This document shows, piece by piece, positions 1-10,390 of a DNA stretch of 64,000 bases. The notes beneath the pieces were generated by a model. That model saw only the letters and a list, made by a program, of their open reading frames with translations. It was not told where the DNA came from and made no database searches. Location: contig BPKI01000001.1 in assembly GCA_026005055.1 (NCBI GenBank), forward strand, positions 918,392-982,391. The letters run 5' to 3'. A program made the position numbers and the translations under genes. This DNA comes from Lysobacterales bacterium (GTDB lineage Bacteria > Pseudomonadota > Gammaproteobacteria > Xanthomonadales > BPKI01). The first letter of the stretch is position 1; every line of letters starts with the position of its first letter.

Positions 1-1
1 C

Positions 2-1279
2 ATCGAGCGTTACTTCGGAAGCGGCCGCAGCGCGATGGGCACGATCGTCGAGAGCCTCGGCGATGAGGGCGGTGCCGACGAGGACGACGTCGAGCACCTG
101 CGCGATCTGGCGAGCGAGGCCCCGGTCATTCGCCTGGTAAACCTGATCATCCAAAGAGCGGTCGAGCAGCGCGCCTCGGACATCCACATCGAGCCCTTCG
201 AGAACCGGCTCAAGGTGCGCTATCGGATCGATGGGGTATTGCAGGAGGTCGAGGCGCCGCCGGCGAGCTCCACGGCGGCCGTGATCTCCCGGGTCAAGAT
301 CATGGCCAAACTCAACATCGCCGAGCGCAGACTGCCGCAGGATGGGCGGATCATGGTCCGGGTCCAGGGCAAGGAGCTCGATCTACGCGTGTCCACCGTG
401 CCCACCGCCCACGGCGAGAGCGTGGTCATGCGCCTGCTCGATCGCGAGTCGGTGGTCTTCGATTTCCATCGCCTCGGTTTCACCGACGATCTGCTCGAGC
501 GCTTCCTCGCCGTGCTCGATCGCCCCCATGGGATCCTGCTGGTCACGGGCCCGACGGGCTCGGGCAAGACCACGACCCTTTACACCGCGCTCTCCCGGCT
601 CAACACTCCCGACGTCAAGATCATCACCGTCGAGGATCCGGTCGAGTACCAGATCGAGGGGATCAACCAGATCCAGGTCAAGCCGCAGATCGGGCTCGAT
701 TTCGCGCACGCGCTGCGCTCGATCGTCCGCCAGGACCCGGACATCATCATGATCGGCGAGATGCGCGATCTCGAGACCGCGCGCATCGCGATCCAGTCCG
801 CGCTCACCGGCCACTTGGTGCTTTCCACGCTGCACACCAACGATGCCGCCGGCGGGGTGACGCGGCTGCTCGACATGGGGGTGGAGGATTACCTCTTGAG
901 CTCGACGGTCAACGGCATTCTCGCGCAGCGCCTGGTGCGCAAGATTGAGCCGAGCCATGCCGAACGTTACGAGGCTTTGCCGGAGGTCATCGAGGAATTC
1001 GCACTGCGCCGCTTCCAGCCGAACGGACCCATCCACCTCTTCCGGCCCGTCCCCTCGGAGCTCACCTCCACCGGTTATCTCGGTCGCACCATCATCGCCG
1101 AGTTCCTGGTGATGTCCGATGCGATCCGAAGGCTGATCATGCAGCATGCCGAGGCGGGCAAGATCGCCGAGCAGGCGCGCGCGGAGGGGATGCTGACGAT
1201 GTACGAGGACGGGTTGCGCAAGGCGCTTTCGGGCATCACTACGATCGAGGAAGTGCTTCGCGTCACCCAGGAGGGCTGA
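2..1279 (+). CDS. gspE: Type II secretion ATPase GspE/XpsE (5' truncated by window edge)
   Basis: Frame is open from base 2; ASDIHIEP, Walker [45 protein letters not shown]; first gene of gsp operon. Confidence 0.97.
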   Translation: MERYFGSGRSAMGTIVESLGDEGGADEDDVEHLRDLASEAPVIRLVNLIIQRAVEQRASDIHIEPFENRLKVRYRIDGVLQEVEAPPASSTAAVISRVKIMAKLNIAERRLPQDGRIMVRVQGKELDLRVSTVPTAHGESVVMRLLDRESVVFDFHRLGFTDDLLERFLAVLDRPHGILLVTGPTGSGKTTTLYTALSRLNTPDVKIITVEDPVEYQIEGINQIQVKPQIGLDFAHALRSIVRQDPDIIMIGEMRDLETARIAIQSALTGHLVLSTLHTNDAAGGVTRLLDMGVEDYLLSSTVNGILAQRLVRKIEPSHAERYEALPEVIEEFALRRFQPNGPIHLFRPVPSELTSTGYLGRTIIAEFLVMSDAIRRLIMQHAEAGKIAEQARAEGMLTMYEDGLRKALSGITTIEEVLRVTQEG

Positions 1280-1285
1280 GCGAGG

Positions 1286-2503
1286 GTGGCGCTGTTCCAC
1301 TACCAAGTGCTCACCGCCGCAGGCGAACCGCAGGCCGGCCAGCTCGAGGCCGGGAGCCTCGAGGAGGCGGTCGCTCGGCTACAGGATCAGGGCCATGTGG
1401 TGCTGAAGGCCGTTCCGGCCGATTCCGCCCCTGCGCGCGGTGCCCTCGGACGGCTCTTCGAGCGTCGGGCGCTGTCGGGGGATGAGATCCTCCGGTTCAC
1501 CGAACAGCTCGCCGTCCTGCTCTCCGCCGGACAGCCACTCGACCGGGCCCTCGGCATCCTGCTCGACTTACCCGAGAGCGAGCGGGCGCGCCGCGTGATC
1601 GAAAAGATCCGCGAGGCGGTGCGCGGTGGGGCGAGCCTGTCCGAGGCGCTCGAGCGGCAGCATGGCGTCTTCTCGCGGCTTTATGTGAACATGGTGCGGG
1701 CCGGCGAGGTGGGGGGAGCCCTCGATCAGACGCTGCGCAAGCTGGCGGCGTATCTCGAGCGCCAGGCCGAGCTCAAGCAGCAGGTGATCAGCGCCTCGAT
1801 CTATCCGGCCATTCTCCTCGTCCTGGTCTTCGCCGCGGTGGGCGTGCTCGTCGGTTACGTCGTGCCGCGCTTCATCCCGATCTTCCAGGGCATGGGTCAG
1901 GAGTTACCCTTCGTCACCCGGCTGGTCCTCGGTTTCGGCCTCTTCGTCCAGCGGTGGTGGTGGTTGGGCCTGCTCGCGGTCGGGGCGGCGTTCTACCTGC
2001 TGTCCAGGAGCTTGCGCGATCCCGAGCGTCGGCTCGCCTTCGACACGTGGCTGCTCGCCCGCGGCCGCCTCGGCGCCCTGATCGCGCGTCTCGAGACGGC
2101 TCGTCTCGCCCACACCCTGGGAACTCTCATCCACAGCGGCGTTCCATTGCTGGCAGCCCTGTCGGTGGCCAAGAACGTGACCAGGAACAGTGCTCTTGCC
2201 GAGGCGATCGGGAAGGCGGCGGCGGAGGTGAAGGAGGGCGCGAGCCTGTCCTGGGCGCTGGCCCGTTCGCAGCGCTTCCCCCGGCTCGCCGTGCAGATGA
2301 TCCAGGTGGGCGAGGAATCGGGGGATCTGGCGCCGATGCTCGAGCGTCTGGCCGACACCTTCGAGCAGCAGACGCGCACCGAGATCGACCGGCTCATCGC
2401 CGCCTTGGTGCCGGCGCTCACGGTGGTGATGACCCTGATCGTCGCGCTGATCATGATGGCCATCCTGATCCCGATCCTGAACCTTTCCGCGACTTTCGGA
2501 TGA
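1286..2503 (+). CDS. gspF: T2SS inner membrane platform protein GspF
   Basis: GspF/PilC motifs (FSRLYVNMVRAGEVGG, SASIYP, MIQVGEESGDL), 3 TM segments, follows gspE. Confidence 0.96.
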   Translation: MALFHYQVLTAAGEPQAGQLEAGSLEEAVARLQDQGHVVLKAVPADSAPARGALGRLFERRALSGDEILRFTEQLAVLLSAGQPLDRALGILLDLPESERARRVIEKIREAVRGGASLSEALERQHGVFSRLYVNMVRAGEVGGALDQTLRKLAAYLERQAELKQQVISASIYPAILLVLVFAAVGVLVGYVVPRFIPIFQGMGQELPFVTRLVLGFGLFVQRWWWLGLLAVGAAFYLLSRSLRDPERRLAFDTWLLARGRLGALIARLETARLAHTLGTLIHSGVPLLAALSVAKNVTRNSALAEAIGKAAAEVKEGASLSWALARSQRFPRLAVQMIQVGEESGDLAPMLERLADTFEQQTRTEIDRLIAALVPALTVVMTLIVALIMMAILIPILNLSATFG

Positions 2504-2511
2504 GGACGACC

Positions 2512-2934
2512 ATGAGAAATCCCTTGCCGATGCCGGCCCGCGTCGCCGGCATGACCCTGATCGAAATCCTCGCCGTGATCGTTCTGATCGGCATCGTCAT
2601 GGCGGTGGTGGCGCAGCAGGTCTTCCAGCGGGTGGAGACGGGCAAGTTCAACGCCGCCAAGGCGCAGCTCCAATCCCTCAGCATGAAGATCGAGGCCTAT
2701 GCCCTGGACAACGGCCGACCGCCGCAGCGGCTCGAGGACTTGGTGCAGCGGCCGGGGGATGCACGCAACTGGAACGGCCCTTATGCCCGCGAATCCGATC
2801 TGCGCGATCCCTGGGGCAACGCCTTCGTCTATCGGGTGCCCGGGGAACGCGGGCCCTTCGATCTCATCTCCCTTGGCGCCGATGGACGCCCCGGCGGAGA
2901 GGGCAATGCGCGCGACCTCGGCAACTGGGAGTAA
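2512..2934 (+). CDS. gspG: T2SS major pseudopilin GspG
   Basis: Prepilin site AG|MTLIEILAVIVLIG; NWNGPY, DPWGNAFVY, SLGADGRPGGEG; GAGGA RBS before ATG 2512. Confidence 0.96.
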   Translation: MRNPLPMPARVAGMTLIEILAVIVLIGIVMAVVAQQVFQRVETGKFNAAKAQLQSLSMKIEAYALDNGRPPQRLEDLVQRPGDARNWNGPYARESDLRDPWGNAFVYRVPGERGPFDLISLGADGRPGGEGNARDLGNWE

Positions 2935-3370
2935 CCGCGGTTTCACGCTCATCGAGCTGACCGCGGTCCTGATGCTGGTGGCCATCGGTTTCGCGGCCTT
3001 GAGTTATGGACTGACGGCGCAGCTCGAGAACCAGCGGGTGAAAGCGGCGGCGCGCGAGCTGGTCGCGGCGCTGCGTCAGACCCGCGCCCAGGCCATCCTG
3101 AAAGGTGAATCCCAAGCGCTCGAACTCGATCTGCGCGAGCGCAGCTACCGGGTGCCTGGCCGGGAACCGGTATCGCTGCCGGAGGGCATGGAGCTTCGAA
3201 TGCTCACCGCCCGCAGCGAGCAGATCGATCGGGAGCGCGGGCGCATCCGCTTTTACCGCGACGGCAGCTCGACCGGCGGCAACATCGGGCTGATCAAGGG
3301 CCAGCGCGAGTGGCGCATCGAGGTGGCATGGTTGACCGGCGAGGTCGTTCTGCGGGAGCGCGAGCGATGA
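2906..3370 (+). CDS. gspH: T2SS minor pseudopilin GspH
   Basis: RG|FTLIELTAVL N-methylation motif; IRFYRDGSSTGG; start overlaps gspG end. Confidence 0.9.
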   Translation: MRATSATGSNRGFTLIELTAVLMLVAIGFAALSYGLTAQLENQRVKAAARELVAALRQTRAQAILKGESQALELDLRERSYRVPGREPVSLPEGMELRMLTARSEQIDRERGRIRFYRDGSSTGGNIGLIKGQREWRIEVAWLTGEVVLRERER

Positions 3371-3753
3371 GCGCGCGCCGCGGATTCACCCTGATCGAGG
3401 TGGTGGCGGCGCTTTTCCTGCTCGCGCTCGGCTTCGGCCTATTGATGCAGCTCCTCGGCTCGGCGCTTGCCCAGACGAGACGTGCGGCGTTGCAGACGGA
3501 GATGGCGCTCGCCGCGCAAAGCCTGATCGATCGCTTGGGCATGGATTTTCCGCTGGAACCGGGCGAACGGAGCGGCGAGCTGGGCGGCGGGCTGCGCTAC
3601 CGTCTTTCGATCGAAGAGGATGCGGCGAGCTCCTCCTTGGCGGGAGGAGTACCGCATCCCTGGACCCTGCTGCGGGTACGGCTGAGGCTTTCGGCGGAAG
3701 CCGGGGCCGAAGCCGACTTCGAGACCCTCCGGGTGGGGGTGCGCCAGCCGTGA
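3367..3753 (+). CDS. gspI: T2SS minor pseudopilin GspI
   Basis: RG|FTLIEVVAAL; ATGA overlap with gspH; operon position. Confidence 0.88.
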   Translation: MSARRGFTLIEVVAALFLLALGFGLLMQLLGSALAQTRRAALQTEMALAAQSLIDRLGMDFPLEPGERSGELGGGLRYRLSIEEDAASSSLAGGVPHPWTLLRVRLRLSAEAGAEADFETLRVGVRQP

Positions 3754-4454
3754 TCAGGGCGCGGGGCTTCACCTTGGTCGAGCTCGTCGCGGCGCTCACG
3801 CTCTTCGCGCTGCTTACCGCCATCGCCTTCGGCATCATGGGCTCGGCCACCCGCGCCGCAGCCAGCGGGGAGCGCCTCGCCGATTCCGTGGAGCGGGTGC
3901 GGGTGGCCCAGGAGTTCTTGCGGCGTCAGATCGCGCTCGCCCTCCCGCTCGCCTTCGCGAGCGATCCTACGAGCGGAGCGCCGGTGATCTTCGAGGGGGA
4001 TTCGCGCGAGCTCCGCTTCGTCGCGCAGATGCCGGGTCATCTCGGCGAAGGCGGGCCGCGCCGGCAGCTGATCAGGCTCGAGCAGGACGGCCGCGAGATG
4101 GCGCTCGTCTTCCGCCATCTCCCTCTGCACCCGGCGGAGGAAGACAGCCGAATCGAAGACACCGAGCCGGTGGTGCTGCTCGCTGGCATTCGTGACGGTG
4201 GCTTCCGCTACCGCGGGCTCGATGGGGCCGCCGAGCCGGGCGAATGGCGCGATCGCTGGGAGGAGAGCGCACAGCCGCCGGTGTGGGTGGAGCTTCAGTT
4301 GGAGCTCGACCCGGAAGTGCATCGCACGATCTGGCCTCCGCTGCTGATCGCGCTTCAGATCGACGGCGTTCCGGGCGGAGCGTTCCTGTTCGGACCGGCG
4401 CCGGGCGGTGTGGATTTCGGGCCGCGTCCTCCGACTGGAGGTGGGGAACGATGA
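3750..4454 (+). CDS. gspJ: T2SS minor pseudopilin GspJ
   Basis: RG|FTLVELVAAL; GTGA overlap; operon position. Confidence 0.88.
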   Translation: MIRARGFTLVELVAALTLFALLTAIAFGIMGSATRAAASGERLADSVERVRVAQEFLRRQIALALPLAFASDPTSGAPVIFEGDSRELRFVAQMPGHLGEGGPRRQLIRLEQDGREMALVFRHLPLHPAEEDSRIEDTEPVVLLAGIRDGGFRYRGLDGAAEPGEWRDRWEESAQPPVWVELQLELDPEVHRTIWPPLLIALQIDGVPGGAFLFGPAPGGVDFGPRPPTGGGER

Positions 4455-5359
4455 GCGCATCCCCTCCTCTGGTGCGCCGCGGGATCGCGCTGGTTCTCGT
4501 CATCTGGGCCACGGCCTTGCTCACCGTGACGCTGGGCGGTTTCGTCCTGATCGCCCGTGCCGAAAGCTTGATTGCCCGTCACCACCTGGACGGCGTCAGG
4601 GCGCGGCTGGCTGCCGAAGCGGGGATCCATCACGCCGCGTACAAGCTCTCCGAGCTGGAACCGACGGCGCGCTGGATCGGGGATGGCCGGAGCTACCGTC
4701 TCCAGATCGGGGATGCCGAGGTCGAGGTCGCGCTCACCGACGAAAGCGGCAAGATCGATCTCAACGCCGCCGACGAGGCCGTTCTCAAGTCCCTGTTCGT
4801 TCAGACCGGCGGGCTGCCGGAGGAGGAGGCGGCCGCGCTTGCCGATGCGATTCTCGACTGGCGGGACGAGGATGATCTGGTGCGTGCCAATGGCGCCGAG
4901 CGCGAGGATTATCGCCGGGCGGGTTTCCCCTACGTGCCGAGCAATCGCGCCTTCGCGACGGTGGAGGAGCTGCTGCAGGTGATGGGGATGAGTTACCCCT
5001 TGTTCCAGCGTGTCGAGCCGGCCCTCACCGTGCATTCCGGAATGTCCCAGCCCAATCCCGCCTTCGCGCCGCTCGAGGCCTTGATGGTCTTTCCCGGAAT
5101 GACCGAGGCCCTCGCCTCGAGCTTGATCCAGCAGCGGCAGCAGGTACCGCCCGAGATGATGGGCCAGCCCATCGGCCAGCTGCCCGATGGAACCCCCGTG
5201 ATCTCGCAGTTCGGTGGGCTCGCGTATAGTATTCGGGTTCGCGCGGTTCTACCGACCGGCGCCTCCCGCGAGTTTCATTACACCATCCGGCTCGGCATGC
5301 AGGCTCGGGCCGGTCGTCCGTTTCACGTCCTTCGCTTCCGCGAAGGGGATCCGTCCTGA
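4451..5359 (+). CDS. gspK: T2SS minor pseudopilin GspK
   Basis: RG|IALVLVIW (no Glu5, typical of GspK), DESGKIDLN, DAILDWRDEDD, FATVEELLQVMGM. Confidence 0.93.
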   Translation: MSASPPLVRRGIALVLVIWATALLTVTLGGFVLIARAESLIARHHLDGVRARLAAEAGIHHAAYKLSELEPTARWIGDGRSYRLQIGDAEVEVALTDESGKIDLNAADEAVLKSLFVQTGGLPEEEAAALADAILDWRDEDDLVRANGAEREDYRRAGFPYVPSNRAFATVEELLQVMGMSYPLFQRVEPALTVHSGMSQPNPAFAPLEALMVFPGMTEALASSLIQQRQQVPPEMMGQPIGQLPDGTPVISQFGGLAYSIRVRAVLPTGASREFHYTIRLGMQARAGRPFHVLRFREGDPS

Positions 5360-5361
5360 GC

Positions 5362-6489
5362 ATGGCGATCGCCGCCGACACCGAACGCATCCTGGCGCGT
5401 CTGAAACTGCGCTACCAGCGTTCCTCCTTGCCGGCATTCTTTCGCTGGTGGGGGGGTGAGCTGAAAGCCCTCCTGCCGCGCGCCTGGCGGGAGGCGATCG
5501 CGCGGCGTCCTCGGGCGGTTTACGTGATCGGTGAGGGAAATCGGCTCCATCTCCGGCGTCCCGATGGCGAGGAGCTGACCGCGGTGGCGCTCGAGGATCC
5601 GCCTGCGGAGCGCAGGCTTCGCATCGTCGAGGCGCTCGCCGCCCTCGGCGAGGAGCGACCTCCCGTGATCCTCGCGGTTCCCGCCGATCGCGCGCTGCGT
5701 CGAAGGCTGAGGTTTCCCGAGGCGGTCGAGGAAAGCCTCGAGCAGGCGCTCGTCTACGAGATCGACCGGCAGACCCCCTTCCGCGCCGAGGAGGTCTATT
5801 TCGGTGTACGGCTCGTCGATCGAGACCGTGAAGCTCGCCAGGTCGAGGTCGAGCTGGTGGTGGTTCCGCGTGCGATCGCCGATCCGTGGCTGGCGGCGGC
5901 GCGCGAATCGGGTCTGCCGGTCTTCGGCTTGGATGCTTGCGACGAGGAAGGCAATCCCCTGGGGTTCAACCTGCTGCCGCGCGGCGAACGGGTGCGGCTG
6001 CCGGATCGTCGCCGCCGGCTCAACCTCATCCTCGCGGCGACGGCATCGGTCCTCGCATTGATCGCGATGCACCTTTGGCTCGCCAATCGCGAGCACGCGC
6101 TCTCACGGATGCGGGCGGAGGTCGAACGGCTGCGTGAGGAAGCGCGCACCGTCGCTGCGCTGCGCGAGGAACTCGAACGCGCGGTCGCCAGCGCGAGGTT
6201 CCTTTCCGAGCGGCGAAGCAAGCAGCCGCCGCTGATCCTCGTAATGGACGAACTCAGTCGGATCATTCCTGATGACACCTTCCTGGAGCAGCTCAACGTG
6301 AGCCAGGGACAGGCGGCCCTTCGCGGCCTCAGCCCCTCGGCGGCGAATCTCATCGGGCTCTTGCAGCAGTCGCGCTATCTCGCCGAGCCTTCGTTCCAGA
6401 GCGCCATCCAGCCCGACCCGCGCTACGGCAAGGAGCGCTTCGACCTCAAAGCGGTGCTCAAGGCGCATGTGGGAGAGCCTTCATCATGA
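5362..6489 (+). CDS. gspL: T2SS protein GspL/XpsL (PilN-like C-terminus)
   Basis: FFRWWGGEL, EIDRQTPF, FNLLP then one TM and coiled coil; operon position. Confidence 0.88.
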   Translation: MAIAADTERILARLKLRYQRSSLPAFFRWWGGELKALLPRAWREAIARRPRAVYVIGEGNRLHLRRPDGEELTAVALEDPPAERRLRIVEALAALGEERPPVILAVPADRALRRRLRFPEAVEESLEQALVYEIDRQTPFRAEEVYFGVRLVDRDREARQVEVELVVVPRAIADPWLAAARESGLPVFGLDACDEEGNPLGFNLLPRGERVRLPDRRRRLNLILAATASVLALIAMHLWLANREHALSRMRAEVERLREEARTVAALREELERAVASARFLSERRSKQPPLILVMDELSRIIPDDTFLEQLNVSQGQAALRGLSPSAANLIGLLQQSRYLAEPSFQSAIQPDPRYGKERFDLKAVLKAHVGEPSS

Positions 6490-7094
6490 GCCGAGATCGG
6501 CTTCTCGCCGTTGGGCTCCTGCTGGCGAGCGTGGCGCTCGCCTATTTCCTCGGCGTGCACTGGTGGTTCGTCGCCGGCCATCGGGCGATTGCCCGCGAGA
6601 TGGCCGATCTCGCCGAGCAGGCCGCTCGCTTTCAAGCGATCATCGCCCAGCGTCCCGAGATCGAGGCGCGGCTCGAGCGGGTTCGCGCTTTCGAGGCGAC
6701 GAATCCGGCCTTTTTGCAAGATCCCAACTTCGATCAGGCGAGCGCCACGCTCATCACGCGCTTGCGTCAGAGCGTCGAGATGCATGCCGGGCGCAGCCCG
6801 CAGGGCTGTCAGGTGCTGAGCAACCAGCCCCTTCGTTCGCGGGAGGCGGAGCCATTCCTCAGGGTCACGCTCAGTGTGCGCCTGCGCTGTGGCCTCGAGG
6901 CGCTGGTCGCGGTGCTCCATGATCTGGAGGGCGGGACGCCGATGCTGTTTGTGGATGAGTTGACTATCCTCAGTCGGCGTTTCGGGGTGCCTGGCGTGCG
7001 TCAAAACTTCCCAGGGGCGCCGCAGGACTACACCGACGTCAACTTCGCGCTTTACGGCTATCTGCGACAGGAGGGAGGCGCCAATGCCCGGTGA
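6486..7094 (+). CDS. gspM: T2SS protein GspM/XpsM
   Basis: N-terminal TM, coiled coil, LHDLEGGTPMLFVDEL, FALYGYL; operon position. Confidence 0.88.
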   Translation: MSRDRLLAVGLLLASVALAYFLGVHWWFVAGHRAIAREMADLAEQAARFQAIIAQRPEIEARLERVRAFEATNPAFLQDPNFDQASATLITRLRQSVEMHAGRSPQGCQVLSNQPLRSREAEPFLRVTLSVRLRCGLEALVAVLHDLEGGTPMLFVDELTILSRRFGVPGVRQNFPGAPQDYTDVNFALYGYLRQEGGANAR

Positions 7095-7764
7095 TCCGAG
7101 GCAGGTCCTGACCCTCGCCCTGGCCGGGTTGAGCCTTCTCTCGGCGATCGTGGTCGCCCTCGAACTCGCCGGCCTGGGCCGAGGGTATCGTCTGCCTGAT
7201 CCGGTCCCGCAGGCGTCACTGCCCGAGCTCACGGTGGAGGAGGGCCTCGCCCGGCTTCCGCCGCTCGAGACCTTCGCGGCGGCGATCGAGCGCCCGCTGT
7301 TCGAACCCGATCGCCGTCCGCCGCCCCCACTCGTGTCCGAAAATCCCGCGCCGGTGCCGGAGCCGAAGCCCGAGGCACCGCCGCTCGAGGTCAGAGTCAC
7401 GGGGATCGTGGTCACGCCAGAGCTGCGGCTGGTGATGGTCCGCCCTCCTGGCGCGCCGGACTCGGTGGTGCTGCGCGAGGGAATGCCGCTACCGGGCGAT
7501 TTCGCTGCTTGGAAAGTGGCGCGCGTCCTCCCGCGGCAGGTCGAGTTCGAGGGCGGCGGGCAGATGCGCAGTACCGTGACCTTGGAGGTCGACAAGTCGG
7601 TTCGTGAGGTTGCGCCGCTCACCGGCGAGATCCCGCAACCGGCCGCCTCGAATCCCGATCTCGAGGTCCAGCGCCGCGCTGAGGAGATCCGGCGTCGCAT
7701 CGAAGAGCGTCGTCGGCAGCTTCGCGAGGAGGCCGCCCGACTGGGAGGACCTGAAAAACAATGA
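7084..7764 (+). CDS. gspN: XpsN-type T2SS protein (GspC-like function)
   Basis: N-terminal TM, ERPLFEPDRRP motif, VTGIVVTP; between M and D as in xps operons. Confidence 0.8.
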   Translation: MPGDPRQVLTLALAGLSLLSAIVVALELAGLGRGYRLPDPVPQASLPELTVEEGLARLPPLETFAAAIERPLFEPDRRPPPPLVSENPAPVPEPKPEAPPLEVRVTGIVVTPELRLVMVRPPGAPDSVVLREGMPLPGDFAAWKVARVLPRQVEFEGGGQMRSTVTLEVDKSVREVAPLTGEIPQPAASNPDLEVQRRAEEIRRRIEERRRQLREEAARLGGPEKQ

Positions 7765-9932
7765 AAACACGACGTGCGACCCTTCCATCCGTATTCATGG
7801 CTGCCGCGTGCTCGCTTCTCGCGGCCGGCTGCGCGGTGCCGCGCCTGGCTGCGCCGGAGCCGCTTCAGAGCGGTCAGGCCGCGCAGAAAGCCTTCGAGGA
7901 ATACACCGAGCGTCCTCAGGGTGCGGGGGAGCCGGTACCCCGAGAAGAGCCGTTGATCGAACGTGGGACCGGCAAGTTCCTCGACGAGCGTGCGGCCTCA
8001 CGGCCCCTTCCGCCCCCGCCTCAGGACGGCGAGCTGGTGCTCAACTTCGAAAACGAATCCATCCAGGCGGTGGTCAAGGCGCTGCTTGGCGATCTCCTCC
8101 AGCAGAATTACGTGATCGCCCCCGGGGTGGGCGGAACGGTGACCTTTTCCACCGCGCGGCCCATCAAGATCGACCAGGCGATGCCCATCCTCGAGATGCT
8201 GCTCGCCTGGAACAACGCCACGCTGGTCTGGCAGGACGGGCGCTACGTGGTCCTGCCCATCGCGCAAGCCATCCCGGGCAATCTCTCGCCGCGGATTGGC
8301 CCCCCGGAGAACGCGAAAGGCTACGAGCTGCGGGCCGTTCCGTTGCGCTACATCTCGGCGAGCGAGATGGAGAAGCTGCTTCAGCCTTACATCCGTCCCG
8401 GTGCGATCGTGCGTACCGACAACCTGCGCAACATGATTGTGCTCGCCGGGACGGCGCGCGAGCTCACGACGTATCTCCGGACAATCGAGGTCTTCGACGT
8501 CGACTGGCTCGCCGGCATGTCGGTGGCGATCTTCCCCATCGAGTCGGTGGAGGTGAGCAAGCTCCTGCCCGAACTCGAGGCGGTGTTCGGCGAGGGTGCG
8601 AACACCCCGCTCGCCGGACTCTTCCGCTTCTTGCCCATCGAGCGGCTCAACGCGGTGCTGGTGATCACGACGCAGCCGAAGTATCTCGACGAGGCCGAGA
8701 AGTGGATCCGCCGCCTGGACCGGGGGGGCACCGCGAGCGGAGCGCGCCTTTACGTCTATGACGTCAAGAACGTCAAGGCCGCTGATCTCGCCGGGTACCT
8801 CAACGAGATCTTCGGTTCGGGCACGGGTGGGCGACGCGCATCCTCCGGGGGTGCGGTCGCGCCGGGGCTTCAGCCGGTCGAGATCCGCGCCATCAACGAT
8901 CCGCGCGGCCCTGCGTCGCAGCCGGAGGTCAAGTCGGCCGATGTTCCTCCGCCGCCCTCCGCTGGTGGCACGGGGATCGCCATCGGCGATACCGAGGACG
9001 TGCGCATCACGGCGATCGAAGAATCGAACTCGCTGCTCATTCGCGCCACGCCGACCCAGTACGAAGCGGTGCTCGCCGCCATCCGCAGGCTCGATCGGGT
9101 GCCGCTTCAGGTGCACATCGAAACGCGCATCATCGAGGTCGCCCTCAACGATCAACTCCGCTTTGGAGTGCAGTGGTTCTTCGAAAACGCGCGCAATCAG
9201 CAGGGCGCGCCGCGCGCGCGCGCCGGGACGCTGAGCCAGCAGGGGCTTTCCTGGAGCTTCGTCACCAGCGACTGGTCCTCGATCCTCGAGACCCTCGACT
9301 CGATCTCCGAGACCCGGGTGATCTCGGCCCCCTCGGTGGTGGTGCTCAACAATAAGAGCGCGAACATCAACGTGGGCCGTCAGATTCCGGTGGTGAGCAC
9401 CTTCATCGACCCGATCGGCGGCATCGGCGGTACCCCTGGGACCGGCTTCCAGCGCGGCCTCGTGCAATTCCGCGACACCGGCGTGATCCTCAACGTCACG
9501 CCCAGGGTCAACCCCGGAGGATTGGTGTTCATGGAGATCAAGCAGGAAGACTCCACGCCGGAGGAGTCGGTGGATGCCACCGGCAACGTACCGGTCAGCC
9601 GCCGCTCGATCGAGACCGAGGTGGCGGTGCAGAGCGGCCAGACTGTTTTGCTCGGCGGCCTCATCAAACAGACCGAAGGCCAGGCGCGGGCCGGTGCCCC
9701 GGGTCTAAGCCGCATCCCGGTGCTCGGCGGGCTCTTCGGTCGCCAGAACCGCACCGCCGATCGCCAGGAGCTCTTGGTAATGATCACCCCCACGGTGATC
9801 GGCTCGGTGGAGGATGCCGAGAACCTCACCGAGGAGTATCGCCGCCGCTTCGTCGGCTTGGAGCCGCTGCGCCCGCCGCGCCGAACCGATTCCGATGCTT
9901 CCACCAACGATCGAGGAGATCCCACCCCATGA
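7761..9932 (+). CDS. gspD: T2SS secretin GspD/XpsD (lipoprotein secretin)
   Basis: Lipobox LAAGC, LNFENESI, secretin domain (DTGVILNVTPRVN, LSRIPVLGGLFG, ELLVMITP). Confidence 0.96.
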   Translation: MKTRRATLPSVFMAAACSLLAAGCAVPRLAAPEPLQSGQAAQKAFEEYTERPQGAGEPVPREEPLIERGTGKFLDERAASRPLPPPPQDGELVLNFENESIQAVVKALLGDLLQQNYVIAPGVGGTVTFSTARPIKIDQAMPILEMLLAWNNATLVWQDGRYVVLPIAQAIPGNLSPRIGPPENAKGYELRAVPLRYISASEMEKLLQPYIRPGAIVRTDNLRNMIVLAGTARELTTYLRTIEVFDVDWLAGMSVAIFPIESVEVSKLLPELEAVFGEGANTPLAGLFRFLPIERLNAVLVITTQPKYLDEAEKWIRRLDRGGTASGARLYVYDVKNVKAADLAGYLNEIFGSGTGGRRASSGGAVAPGLQPVEIRAINDPRGPASQPEVKSADVPPPPSAGGTGIAIGDTEDVRITAIEESNSLLIRATPTQYEAVLAAIRRLDRVPLQVHIETRIIEVALNDQLRFGVQWFFENARNQQGAPRARAGTLSQQGLSWSFVTSDWSSILETLDSISETRVISAPSVVVLNNKSANINVGRQIPVVSTFIDPIGGIGGTPGTGFQRGLVQFRDTGVILNVTPRVNPGGLVFMEIKQEDSTPEESVDATGNVPVSRRSIETEVAVQSGQTVLLGGLIKQTEGQARAGAPGLSRIPVLGGLFGRQNRTADRQELLVMITPTVIGSVEDAENLTEEYRRRFVGLEPLRPPRRTDSDASTNDRGDPTP

Positions 9933-10339
9933 TGAGAACGCCTGTGCTTCTCGCCGCTGCTGTCCTGCTCGCCGCCTGCGCTCAGGGACTGCGCAAGCCC
10001 GATTCGCGCTCGCCCGAGGAGATCGTGGCCCAGCGCGCCAAGGAGCGCTGGGAACACCTCATGCAGGGCCGCCCGGAGCAGGCCTGGGAGTACATCGCCC
10101 CCGGATCGCGGGCGCTACTCGACCGGGCCTCCTATCTGGCCCAGAAGCGCAACGCGCCGGTGATGTACACCGGGGTCGAGCTCCTCGAGACGAGCTGCGA
10201 GGCCGAGGCCTGCACGGTGGAACTGAAGGTCCACACCCAAGCGCCGCTGCCATTCGCAGGGATGGTGCCTGGCTATTCGTTGCTGCGCGAGCGGTGGGTG
10301 CAGAGCGAGGGCATTTGGTATTTCGTTCCCAATCTGTGA
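9929..10339 (+). CDS. Uncharacterised lipoprotein (136 aa), last gene of the gsp operon
   Basis: Lipobox VLLAAC; ATGA overlap with gspD stop; two Cys (TSCEAEAC); ERW...GIWYF C-terminus. Confidence 0.8.
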   Translation: MMRTPVLLAAAVLLAACAQGLRKPDSRSPEEIVAQRAKERWEHLMQGRPEQAWEYIAPGSRALLDRASYLAQKRNAPVMYTGVELLETSCEAEACTVELKVHTQAPLPFAGMVPGYSLLRERWVQSEGIWYFVPNL

Positions 10340-10361
10340 GCGGCCATGCAGTGGCGGGGGA

Positions 10362-10390
10362 TTGCAAGCCTCGCGGGCGCGCCGTATCAT
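10362..10390 (+). promoter_or_regulatory. Sigma70-type promoter of the surface-protein gene
   Basis: TTGCAA (10362-10367), 17 bp spacer, TATCAT (10385-10390). Confidence 0.7.

Noticed and set aside
2512-2600. Met instead of Phe at +1 of GspG, and absence of gspC/gspO in the operon
   Set aside because: Both are normal for xps-type systems (XpsN serves the GspC role; prepilin peptidase is encoded elsewhere)
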